A stretch of DNA of 64,000 bases from an uncultured Clostridia bacterium (GCA_944387505.1 CALXFG010000004.1:3176-67175), one strand, 5' to 3'; counted from the stretch's first letter, positions 30,864 through 39,780 are shown. Notes: a model not told the origin generated them from the sequence alone. Made by a program: numbers and translations.

Positions 30864-31631
30864 ATGAGTCATGTATTAGAAGTCAAAAACATAGAAAAAT
30901 ACTATGGAAACAAGTCAAATTTAACAAAAGCCATTGCAGGAATTAGCTTTAACGTAGAAGAGGGAGAATTTGTTGGAATTATGGGCGCATCAGGCTCAGG
31001 AAAAACAACGCTTTTAAATTGTATTTCAACAATTGATAGAGTGACAGCAGGAAATATTATCATCAACAATCAAGATATTACCAAACTAAAAGGAAATAAG
31101 TTAAACAAATTTAGAAGAGAGGAATTAGGATTTATTTTTCAAGATTTTAACTTATTAGATACACTAACTGCTTATGAAAATATAGCTTTGGCATTAACTA
31201 TTCAAAAAGTAAATGCACATGAAATTGATAAAAAAGTAAAAGAAGTAGCAGAAAAATTAGAAATTTCAAATATTTTAAATAAATATCCATATCAAATATC
31301 AGGAGGACAAAAACAAAGAGTAGCATCAGCAAGAGCCATTATTACAAATCCCAAAATGGTTTTAGCAGATGAACCAACAGGCGCATTAGACAGTAAATCT
31401 GCAAGACAATTATTGGAAACATTTGAACATCTAAATCAAAATTTAGGAGCAACCATTTTAATGGTTACACATGATGCCTTTACAGCAAGTTATGCAGATA
31501 GAATTATTTTCATTAAGGATGGAAAAATCTTTAATGAACTAGTAAAAGGAGAAGATACTAGAAAACAATTCTTTGAAAAGATAATTGAAGTACAAACACT
31601 TCTTGGAGGTGATTTGAACGATGTTATTTAA
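30864..31631 (+). CDS. BceA-like ABC ATPase
   Basis: GASGSGKT, ISGGQKQR, ADEPTGALD, VTHD..ASY. Confidence 0.93.
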   Translation: MSHVLEVKNIEKYYGNKSNLTKAIAGISFNVEEGEFVGIMGASGSGKTTLLNCISTIDRVTAGNIIINNQDITKLKGNKLNKFRREELGFIFQDFNLLDTLTAYENIALALTIQKVNAHEIDKKVKEVAEKLEISNILNKYPYQISGGQKQRVASARAIITNPKMVLADEPTGALDSKSARQLLETFEHLNQNLGATILMVTHDAFTASYADRIIFIKDGKIFNELVKGEDTRKQFFEKIIEVQTLLGGDLNDVI

Positions 31632-33717
31632 ATTATCTATAAAAAACATGAAAAAGAGTTTTAAAGATTATGCCATTTATTTTTTAACATTAGTATTAGG
31701 TGTTGCTATCTTTTATATGTTTAACTCTTTAGATAGTCAACAAGCTATGTTAGAAGTGTCTGAATCCACAAGAGATATGATAAAACTCATGATTAGTATG
31801 TTAGGAATGGTATCTGTATTTATTGCCATTGTACTTGGATTTTTAATTGTATATGCCAATAATTTCTTAGTAAATAGAAGAAAAAGAGAATTTGGTATTT
31901 ATATGACATTAGGAATGGGAAGAAGACAAATATCCAAAATTATATTGATAGAAACCATATTAGTAGGAATCATTTCATTAATAGTTGGTATTTTTATAGG
32001 TGTATTTGGCTCACAATTTATGTCTATACTAGTAGCCAAACTTTTTCAAGCAGATATGAGTGAATTTACTTTTGTATTTTCAAAAGATGCTTGCATTAAA
32101 ACTTGTATTTATTTTGCCGTTATGTATTTAGCAGTTATGATATTTAATACACTTACTATTTCAAGATACAAATTAATTAATTTATTAACAGCTGTTAGAA
32201 AAAATGAAAAGGTAAAAATTAAAAATCCAATCATCTCTATTATTGTATTCTTAATTTCAGCAGGGTTATTAGGATATGCATATTATATAGTTACAGGTGG
32301 CATCTATGAATTAAATACAGAAGAAAAAATGTTAGTACCAATTTTAATGGGAATTGTAGGAACAATAGGCGTATTTTGGTCTTTATCAGGATTTATACTA
32401 AGAATGATACAAACAAGTAAAAAGATATATCTTAAAGGAACCAATATGTTTGTATTAAGACAATTGAATAATAAGATTAATACAACCGTTATCAGTATGT
32501 CTGTAATTTGCTTAATGCTATTTATGACCATAAGTGTCTTATCTAGTAGTTTATCTATCCAAACAACAATGGATTCAGAATTGCAAGAAATGACACCAGT
32601 AGATGTCAATTTATATAAAACAGCAAATTTACCACAAAGTTATGAAGATTCTTATACAGGTCAGATGATATATCCTACAGAAGAGCAAATTGAAGATTCA
32701 AAACAACCAGTTAGTTACACATTAGAAACCAATGGTTATGATATGAATAATTTAAAAGATATAGTAGAAATTTCAGTTTATACAATTCCAGAATGGACTT
32801 TAAAATATAGTTTAGGAACTTATTATGAACAAGCAAAAGCACAATTTTCAATGCTTATGTATGATTTACCAGAAGAAATTATCAAAGTATCTGATTATAA
32901 TAAAATTGCAGAACTTTATGGACAAGAACAATATAGCTTAAATGATGATGAATATATTGTCCTTTGTGACTTTGATAATATGACAGAATTAAGAAATCAA
33001 GCATTAAAACAGAATTCAACACTACAAATTGAAGGAAAAACTTTACATGCTAAATATAATGAATGTAAGAGTGGATTTATTGAAATGTCTGCAAGTCATG
33101 TAAATACAGGAATTATATTAGTTCCAGATAATTTTGAATTAAAAGAAGAATGGAAAGAAGAAGAATTTTTAGCAGCAAATTATAATGCTAAAACTGATGA
33201 AGAAAAAGAAGAAATAGAAAAAACATTATCAGAAACAAATAACAATACCTTTTTGGACAACTTAGAACAAAAAGGTATAGAACTAGAGGGCATGACAAAA
33301 ATTAGTTTAATAGAAGCAAGTAAAGGATTAGCAACGATTATTATATTTATTGCCATTTATCTAGGAGTTATCTTCTTAATTGCAAGTTCTGCCATTTTAG
33401 CATTAAAACAATTGACAGAAAGTTCTGATAACAAACAAAGATATACGATTTTAAGAAAAATTGGTTGTGATGAAAAAATGATCAATCAAGCATTATTTAG
33501 ACAAATATTTATATTTTTCATGTTACCATTAGCTCTTGCGATTATACATTCTATATTTGGAATTAAATTTATATTATCAATGCTTGCTGCATTAGCCTCT
33601 CCAAGTGATTTATTACCTTCTGTAATAGTAACAGCAGTTATTATTGGTGTTATCTATGGTTTATATTTCTTAGCAACTTATATAGGTAGCAAGAACATTA
33701 TTAAGGAGGAGGATTAA
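31621..33717 (+). CDS. BceB-like FtsX-family permease (peptide antibiotic resistance)
   Basis: About ten TMs with a large extracellular loop, RRKREFGIY..LGM, Y.ILRKIG. Confidence 0.92.
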   Translation: MLFKLSIKNMKKSFKDYAIYFLTLVLGVAIFYMFNSLDSQQAMLEVSESTRDMIKLMISMLGMVSVFIAIVLGFLIVYANNFLVNRRKREFGIYMTLGMGRRQISKIILIETILVGIISLIVGIFIGVFGSQFMSILVAKLFQADMSEFTFVFSKDACIKTCIYFAVMYLAVMIFNTLTISRYKLINLLTAVRKNEKVKIKNPIISIIVFLISAGLLGYAYYIVTGGIYELNTEEKMLVPILMGIVGTIGVFWSLSGFILRMIQTSKKIYLKGTNMFVLRQLNNKINTTVISMSVICLMLFMTISVLSSSLSIQTTMDSELQEMTPVDVNLYKTANLPQSYEDSYTGQMIYPTEEQIEDSKQPVSYTLETNGYDMNNLKDIVEISVYTIPEWTLKYSLGTYYEQAKAQFSMLMYDLPEEIIKVSDYNKIAELYGQEQYSLNDDEYIVLCDFDNMTELRNQALKQNSTLQIEGKTLHAKYNECKSGFIEMSASHVNTGIILVPDNFELKEEWKEEEFLAANYNAKTDEEKEEIEKTLSETNNNTFLDNLEQKGIELEGMTKISLIEASKGLATIIIFIAIYLGVIFLIASSAILALKQLTESSDNKQRYTILRKIGCDEKMINQALFRQIFIFFMLPLALAIIHSIFGIKFILSMLAALASPSDLLPSVIVTAVIIGVIYGLYFLATYIGSKNIIKEED

Positions 33718-33835
33718 AAAATAATTCCGTTTTGGCGTTGTTAAATTTCGCTTCGAAAATCCTCAGCGTACACATAGTACGCTTCCGGTTTTCTTGCTCA
33801 TTTGCCTAGCCAAAACAGCAATTCTTTTTCAATCC
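33711..33835. repeat. 125-nt imperfect hairpin element (filled copy 2)
   Basis: GGATT/AATCC, GTTTTGGC/GCCAAAAC, GAAAATC/GGTTTTC, AGCGTAC/GTACGCT; same architecture as 22500-22624. Confidence 0.85.
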
Positions 33836-33860
33836 AATAAGGAAAGGAAAGTGAATAAAA

Positions 33861-34214
33861 ATGGAAGATTTTAAAGAAAAATTACCGATTATGATTGCAG
33901 TCATTATTATAATTGCTTTGATGATTGGAGCATATTACTTTTTAGTAGTACATAAAGACCAATATTATACGCAAATTGATAATACGAAAATGGAAGAAGT
34001 TTCTGGAACAGATGATATGAAATACCAATATACATTAACAGCTTATAATAAAAATGGAAAAGAAAAAGAAGTGAAATTTAAAACATCTAGAGAATTAAGA
34101 GAAGGAGCATATTTAGAATTAGATGTAATGCAAATGAGAGGAGTAGTAAACTGGAGAGAAGTTCAAACAGACGACTTACCAGATGATGTAAAAACAGCAA
34201 TGAATGTAGAATAA
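33861..34214 (+). CDS. YxeA/DUF1093 family protein
   Basis: N-terminal TM, YQYTL.AYN..G.EK...F.....LREGAYL, W.EV...DLP; typically found beside Bce modules. Confidence 0.85.
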   Translation: MEDFKEKLPIMIAVIIIIALMIGAYYFLVVHKDQYYTQIDNTKMEEVSGTDDMKYQYTLTAYNKNGKEKEVKFKTSRELREGAYLELDVMQMRGVVNWREVQTDDLPDDVKTAMNVE

Positions 34215-34253
34215 TTATGAAAAAATAAATGTAAAAAGAAATGAGGTGGTAAA

Positions 34254-34949
34254 ATGAAAGCATTTCTAAAAGTTGCATTTTTAGTAGTCTTAATTTTATT
34301 AAGTATTGCTTTGCTATTTGTAGGCAATGGATATAGCATGTATAAGGAGGCAATAGAGAATACACCACTTGAAGAAAAAATAGAAGAAATACAAGAAAAA
34401 GAAAATTATACAAAACTTTCAGAATTACCACAAATTTATTTAGATGCTGTTATTAGTGTAGAAGATCATAGATTTTATCAACATCCAGGAATTGATATCA
34501 TTGCCATTGGAAGAGCATTTATCAATGATATCAAAGCAATGCGTTATGTAGAAGGTGGAAGTACCATTACACAACAATTGGCAAAAAATATATATTTTAC
34601 ACAAGAAAAAAAGATGACTAGAAAAATTGCAGAAATGTTTATGGCATTTAAATTAGAAAAAAATTTAAGTAAGGAAGAAATTTTAGAATTGTACTTAAAT
34701 ACTAGCTATTTTGGTGATGGATATGATACGGTAAAAGAGGCTTCAAGAGGATATTTTGGAAAAGAGCCAAATGAAATGACAGATGGAGAATGTGTTATGC
34801 TTGCAGGAATACCAAATGCACCAAGTGTATATGCACCAACTGTTAATCCAAAGCTTGCAAAACAAAGACAAAAACAAGTATTAAATAAAATGGTGAAATA
34901 TAAATATTTAACGCAAGAAGAAGCAGATAGAATCTATGAAGAAAAATAA
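34254..34949 (+). CDS. Monofunctional peptidoglycan transglycosylase (GT51)
   Basis: EDHRFYQH.G, GGSTITQQLAKN, RKIAE, K.EILELYLN, LAGIPNAP; no transpeptidase domain. Confidence 0.92.
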   Translation: MKAFLKVAFLVVLILLSIALLFVGNGYSMYKEAIENTPLEEKIEEIQEKENYTKLSELPQIYLDAVISVEDHRFYQHPGIDIIAIGRAFINDIKAMRYVEGGSTITQQLAKNIYFTQEKKMTRKIAEMFMAFKLEKNLSKEEILELYLNTSYFGDGYDTVKEASRGYFGKEPNEMTDGECVMLAGIPNAPSVYAPTVNPKLAKQRQKQVLNKMVKYKYLTQEEADRIYEEK

Positions 34950-34955
34950 AATTTT

Positions 34956-34984
34956 AAGAAGATATATTTTGTATATCTTCTTTT
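34956..34984 (+). terminator. Intrinsic terminator
   Basis: AAGAAGATATA-TTTTG-TATATCTTCTT then TT. Confidence 0.75.
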
Positions 34985-35135
34985 CGTTCGTTTGGTCGCT
35001 TACGCGGTGTTGCAAAATAATAAACATATATTTAGGACTTGTTAATTATATTATAGAATTACACATATTGAAAAACGATAAAAAGATATTGACAAGCATA
35101 AAACAATGAGATATAACGGACAAAAGGAGGCGTTT

Positions 35136-35933
35136 ATGGAGGAATTAAAAAAGGAGAAATTTTTGAAAATATACAGAATTATAAATGGGATTTTAGCCAT
35201 TTTTATACTTGTATTTTCAACATATACACTAAGGTATTCAGGAGAATATGAATTGTATATAAACAAGAGTAATAAAGATAGGATTTATACATATATAGGA
35301 GAGGAAAATTTTAAAACAGATAGTGAAGTAAAGAAAATTGTATATGAAGAAGTCTGGGATAATAATCATTATGAAGTTTATTATGAAGATGGAGAAAAAG
35401 AAGTCTTATATTTGGAGGGGATTCCTTGGAAAAATAATTTAATAAAAGAAGAGGGAATCTATATTCCTATAAGAAACTTAGGTATTACTTTTATTCTTGT
35501 CATTATTTTTATTCTAAATACAATTAAAATAAGGAAAGACTTTAAAAAAGATAGGAAAAATACAAATATTTCTATTATGATCAAGATTATTTTTACTTTT
35601 ATGATTATTTGCAATATCGTATTTACTTTAACAACTCCTTTTCTAATGATTCCTGTGATGATATTACTTGTATTTGGAGGAACAGGATTAGTGGGATTGA
35701 TTAGCTATTATATCGAAAAAGAAAAAACAATACAAAAATCCTCTTCTGATTTTTTAAAATTCTTATTCGTAAATTATATTGTCCTTTTAGCTGTATATAG
35801 TATATATATCATTTCATGGGGAGCTATAATGGAATTTAATGTAATTATTTCAATAGTACTAGTGGCAGGAGAAAGTATTTTAGGTTATGCAATTGGAAGG
35901 TTTATGGATATGCCAAATATAAAAAAAGAATAA
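35136..35933 (+). CDS. Hypothetical multi-pass membrane protein
   Basis: AAGGAGG RBS before ATG 35136; about six hydrophobic segments; no family recognised. Confidence 0.7.
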   Translation: MEELKKEKFLKIYRIINGILAIFILVFSTYTLRYSGEYELYINKSNKDRIYTYIGEENFKTDSEVKKIVYEEVWDNNHYEVYYEDGEKEVLYLEGIPWKNNLIKEEGIYIPIRNLGITFILVIIFILNTIKIRKDFKKDRKNTNISIMIKIIFTFMIICNIVFTLTTPFLMIPVMILLVFGGTGLVGLISYYIEKEKTIQKSSSDFLKFLFVNYIVLLAVYSIYIISWGAIMEFNVIISIVLVAGESILGYAIGRFMDMPNIKKE

Positions 35934-36022
35934 TATAGAAATCATCAAATTTTAACAAAAATATATTGAAAAATACACATTTTTCTGGTACATTAAGAAA
36001 AACAAAGGAAAAAGGTGATAAA

Positions 36023-36460
36023 ATGATAAGAAAAATAAAAGAAGAAGATCTAACAAAAGTCATGACTATATGGGTAAAAGGAAATTTTAAAGCAAATAGC
36101 TTTATTGAAAAAGATTATTGGTTAGAAATTTATAATCAAGTAAAAGTAGATTTTTTAGAAAATTTTAAAACTTATGTCTATGTAGAAAATGATGAAATTT
36201 TAGGATTTATTTCTGTTGATGGAAATGAAATCAAAGCTATATTTGTAAAAGAAGAAAATAGAGGACATGAAATTGGAACAAAATTGCTAAATTATTACAG
36301 AAATAATTTAGAAGATAATGCAGAACTTTTTGTGAAAGTATTTGAAAAAAATATGAATGGTATCATATTTTTCTCAAATCTACAATTTAAAAATACCAAG
36401 ATACAGTTAAATGAACAATTTAATGAAAAAGAATATGTTATGACTTGGAAAAAAGAATAG
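36023..36460 (+). CDS. GNAT N-acetyltransferase (YjaB/YiaC-like)
   Basis: FI..DYW, EILGFIS, IFV....RG..IGTKLL, N...I.FF. Confidence 0.82.
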   Translation: MIRKIKEEDLTKVMTIWVKGNFKANSFIEKDYWLEIYNQVKVDFLENFKTYVYVENDEILGFISVDGNEIKAIFVKEENRGHEIGTKLLNYYRNNLEDNAELFVKVFEKNMNGIIFFSNLQFKNTKIQLNEQFNEKEYVMTWKKE

Positions 36461-36481
36461 CAAATATAAATAAAGAGGATG

Positions 36482-36508
36482 GATAAAGTAGAGGTACTTT
36501 ATCTTTTT
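36482..36508 (+). terminator. Intrinsic terminator
   Basis: GATAAAGTA-GAGG-TACTTTATC then T run. Confidence 0.7.
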
Positions 36509-36607
36509 TAAATCTATTCTTACAGGATATAAATACTGTTTCAGCATCTTAAGAAAATTTTAATATTTCGTAAAAAAATACTTAATAAATAGCTGATATA
36601 CTAAAAG

Positions 36608-36671
36608 TGACAAAAATGTAAGACAAAAAATATAGCAAAATGCATACATTTTAGGAAAAATGTGGTATAAT
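36608..36671 (+). promoter_or_regulatory. Second BceR-type box and extended -10 promoter
   Basis: TGACA-AAAA-TGTAA, 58 nt upstream of TATAAT, the same spacing as at 30709/30767. Confidence 0.7.
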
Positions 36672-36714
36672 ATATATGTCATGGTTTATTTTAACATAAA
36701 CAGAAAGGATAAAA

Positions 36715-37446
36715 ATGAGTAGAAAAACGAAGATAAAAATATTTAGAATCATAATTGCAGTAATTGCAGTAGCAATTATCATAGGAGTACTAATTTATTT
36801 AATACCAGTTATGAAAAATCTAAGTACAGTAGAAGGGCAAGAAGCTTTTAAAAATAAAGTGAATGACTCAGGATTTATTGGGTTATTAATGTTATTTGGC
36901 CTTCAGGTGGCCCAAATATTTTTATTTATATTACCCGGAGAGCCAATAGAAATATTAGCAGGTATGTGCTATGGTGGCTGGGGTGGATTATTATTTATTA
37001 CTATATCTGTATGTATTATTACAACAATAATCTTTTTCTTAGTAAGAAAATTAGGAAGAAAATTTGTATATGATTTTTGTGATGAAAAAAAAGTAAAAAA
37101 AATTGAAAATAGTAAAGTATTTAAGAATCCAAAGAAAGTTGAATGGATATTAATTATATTATTTATGATACCAGGAACACCAAAAGATTTATTGGTATAC
37201 ATTTCAGGTTTGTTGCCAATCAAACCATTACACCTAATTTTAATATCTACATTTGCAAGATTACCTTCTGTTGTTTCGTCAACATTTGCAGGAAACACAT
37301 TAATGAAGGGTGAGTGGAAATCAAGTTTAGTCATATATGGAATTACATTTTTATTAGTTGGTGTAGTTATATTTATTATCAATAAGTTTGATAAAAGTAA
37401 AGCAACAGAAGAAGCATTGAAATCAATACAAGAAGATATAAAATAG
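36715..37446 (+). CDS. TVP38/TMEM64 (VTT, DedA superfamily) membrane protein
   Basis: LQ..Q.....LPGEP....AG..YG, IPG.PKD...Y..G, RLP motifs. Confidence 0.88.
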   Translation: MSRKTKIKIFRIIIAVIAVAIIIGVLIYLIPVMKNLSTVEGQEAFKNKVNDSGFIGLLMLFGLQVAQIFLFILPGEPIEILAGMCYGGWGGLLFITISVCIITTIIFFLVRKLGRKFVYDFCDEKKVKKIENSKVFKNPKKVEWILIILFMIPGTPKDLLVYISGLLPIKPLHLILISTFARLPSVVSSTFAGNTLMKGEWKSSLVIYGITFLLVGVVIFIINKFDKSKATEEALKSIQEDIK

Positions 37447-37466
37447 AAAGGAAAAAGGGGAAGTTT

Positions 37467-38015
37467 ATGGAAGATGTAGTCAAAGCTAAAAATACAAAAG
37501 ATAAAATTATCGAATACATAATCTATTTTTTCGTTTATTCATTTTTAGGTTGGCTAATAGAAACGATTTATGCTATGTTTGTACATGGACATTTTGTAAA
37601 AAGAGGATTCTTATTTGAACCAATTTGTCCAATATATGGTTTTGGAGCAGTTTTATTATTAATGGCAACAAAAAAATTATATAAAAAGCCATTTTTAAAA
37701 TTTTTAATTGCCACAATTGCATTTACCTTATTTGAATATATGGTTTCCTTTATATTAGAAATGTTATTTGGATTAAGATGGTGGGATTATTCTAATGATT
37801 TCTTAAATATTCAAGGAAGAGTTAGTTTATTATATTCTATATTTTGGGGTGTGATAGGGTTAATATTATTAGAAAAATTGCACCCATACATACAAGATAA
37901 AATACAAAAAATAACAAAAGGAAATACAAATAATATTCAGAAAATTGTTTGTTTCTTATTTATTGGTATATTAATAGTAGACACTATTTTTTCTGTTTTG
38001 AAATATTTACATTGA
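37467..38015 (+). CDS. ABC_trans_CmpB/TMEM229-like membrane protein
   Basis: YSFLGW..E, RGFL..P..PIYG, EY, WWDYS....N..GR.....S..WG. Confidence 0.88.
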   Translation: MEDVVKAKNTKDKIIEYIIYFFVYSFLGWLIETIYAMFVHGHFVKRGFLFEPICPIYGFGAVLLLMATKKLYKKPFLKFLIATIAFTLFEYMVSFILEMLFGLRWWDYSNDFLNIQGRVSLLYSIFWGVIGLILLEKLHPYIQDKIQKITKGNTNNIQKIVCFLFIGILIVDTIFSVLKYLH

Positions 38016-38016
38016 T

Positions 38017-38194
38017 ATGTCCAATTGGGGACGTTTCTGTTTGGGACATTTTGAGGAATTTTGGGGATGAACTCCAAAATTCCTTTTTTCATTATATTTG
38101 TAATTTTAAAGCGAGAATAAAAAATCCATTTCACATTTTCTACAAAAAGATTTACATAAAAATTTCCTAAACAGAAACGTCCCCAATTGGACAT
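38017..38194. repeat. 178-nt unit bounded by a perfect 26-bp inverted repeat (REP doublet or MITE-like)
   Basis: ATGTCCAATTGGGGACGTTTCTGTTT (38017-38042) and its exact reverse complement (38169-38194). Confidence 0.9.
38054..38089 (+). terminator. Intrinsic terminator inside the inverted-repeat unit
   Basis: AGGAATTTTGGGG-ATGAA-CTCCAAAATTCCT then T run. Confidence 0.8.
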
Positions 38195-38358
38195 TAATTT
38201 TTCTTAAGAAATTATTCAAGTAAATTTAAGAATCCCTAAAAATATTATTAAGATTTACATGATATATTAAAATTACAAAATGTAAGGAAAGCATGCATAA
38301 CGAAATCAAAGATTTCTATGCATAAATGTGAAGACTGCTACGCAGTACTTCACAAATA

Positions 38359-38434
38359 TAGGAAACTTAACCTTGTTATATACGGAAAAATCCATATAGG
38401 GTAAAGATAAAAGCTGATTTTTCCTATACAATAA
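38359..38434 (-). repeat. 76-nt dispersed hairpin repeat, inverted relative to 47369-47444
   Basis: 68/76 identity by manual alignment with the reverse complement of the other copy. Confidence 0.88.
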
Positions 38435-38468
38435 TAAAAAAATAATATGAAATAAAGGGGTGGAGCAA

Positions 38469-39113
38469 ATGAAGAAAGAAAAATTAGTTAATCAGTTCAT
38501 AAAAATATTTTGGGTGTTCATTATAGGAAGTCTTATTGGATATATAGTAGAAATGATTGTCGGATTGGTTCAAAATGGACATTTTGTATCAAGACAGGGA
38601 TTACTGTTTGGACCATTTGCACAAGTATATGGATTAGGAATATTAGCTTACTATTTTGTTGTTCCTAAAATAAAAGGAGGACATCTAAAAATATTTTTTG
38701 TAACAATGGTATTAGGAGGAGTTGTAGAATATTTATGTTCTTATTTTCAAGAGCTCTTATTTGGAACCATATCATGGGACTATTCAAATTTATGGTTTAA
38801 TATAAATGGAAGAACAAGTCTACTACATTGCACTTATTGGGGAATAGGGGGAGTATTATTTATGAAATATGTTATGCCATTAATTAATCGTATTGACAAT
38901 ATAATAAAAAATCAATATTTTAGAACGATAACTGCTTTATTTGCTATATTTATGTTATTTAATATATCTGTATCTTCAATGGCAGCCATTAGACAAGATG
39001 AAAGAAATCGTGAAATTGCGGCAACAAGCAATATAGATGTGTTTTTTGATAAATATTATTCTGATGATGTGATGGATGTGATTTATGAGAATAAAATTGA
39101 AATACAAAGATAA
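38469..39113 (+). CDS. ABC_trans_CmpB/TMEM229-like membrane protein
   Basis: GS..GY..E, RQGLL.GPF..VYG, EY, WDYS...FNINGRT......WG. Start follows AAGGGGTG. Confidence 0.87.
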   Translation: MKKEKLVNQFIKIFWVFIIGSLIGYIVEMIVGLVQNGHFVSRQGLLFGPFAQVYGLGILAYYFVVPKIKGGHLKIFFVTMVLGGVVEYLCSYFQELLFGTISWDYSNLWFNINGRTSLLHCTYWGIGGVLFMKYVMPLINRIDNIIKNQYFRTITALFAIFMLFNISVSSMAAIRQDERNREIAATSNIDVFFDKYYSDDVMDVIYENKIEIQR

Positions 39114-39161
39114 GATATGAGTGAAAATGGATTCTTTAAACGGTAAATGTTTTACCATAAA

Positions 39162-39190
39162 TTGACTTTATGTAAAGAAAACAGTATAAT
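39162..39190 (+). promoter_or_regulatory. sigmaA promoter
   Basis: TTGACT-17 nt-TATAAT. Confidence 0.7.
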
Positions 39191-39240
39191 TATAAGTATC
39201 CGGGAAAAGTCCTGGAAATAAAAATAAAGGAGTATAAAAA

Positions 39241-39702
39241 ATGACAGAAAAAGAAAGAAAGGAATTATTGCGGGAATTAAGTTTTATCAAAAATAGAGTA
39301 GAAGAAATCTATTCTAAGCTTAAAAAAGATGGTGATTTCTCTGTGACAATGATAGAGCAGCAGGAGAAAAGAGAGGAAAAAATCACTAAACTCTTGAGAG
39401 CGTTAGGAGCACCAGTCAGCAACAAGGGATATAGATACATAAAAGAGTCTCTTCTTTTATGTTTGAATGATCCCACCATTTTAAATAATGGAATTACCTA
39501 CAGGTTATATCCTAGTGTAGCAGAGACATTTAATACGACACCTACCAAAGTAGAACGTAACATACGGCATGAAATTCTGACAATTTTCCGTGATAAGAGA
39601 AAGGGAGCGCTTCTTGTTGAACTCTTTCCTTGCTACTCTGATACGGGAAAGGCAACAAATTTAGAGTTCTTAACGACCCTGGTAGACTATTTAAGAGAAT
39701 AA
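39241..39702 (+). CDS. Spo0A C-terminal DNA-binding domain protein lacking a receiver domain
   Basis: LG.P...KGY.YI, IT..LYP.VA..F.TT...VER.IRH, K.TN.EF. Confidence 0.88.
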   Translation: MTEKERKELLRELSFIKNRVEEIYSKLKKDGDFSVTMIEQQEKREEKITKLLRALGAPVSNKGYRYIKESLLLCLNDPTILNNGITYRLYPSVAETFNTTPTKVERNIRHEILTIFRDKRKGALLVELFPCYSDTGKATNLEFLTTLVDYLRE

Positions 39703-39717
39703 TTCTGTCAAGTAATG

Positions 39718-39744
39718 GCATCACCAGTTATAGGTGGTGCTTTT
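39718..39744 (+). terminator. Intrinsic terminator
   Basis: GCATCACC-AGTTATA-GGTGGTGC then TTTT. Confidence 0.7.
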
Positions 39745-39780
39745 ACTATTGCAAAAATATAATAATTTGAAAAAACATCA

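Noticed and set aside
30743-30946. 67-aa ORF as a leader peptide of the ABC transporter
   Set aside because: Starts upstream of the predicted -10, has no RBS, and overlaps the ATPase out of frame.
37937-38194. ORFs across the 26-bp inverted repeat as transposase remnants
   Set aside because: No HUH or DDE motifs; they arise from the ATG within the repeat.
38281-38460. Known riboswitch or T-box in the structured leader
   Set aside because: No recognisable aptamer or T-box motif; the hairpins are better explained as a dispersed repeat present in the opposite orientation elsewhere.
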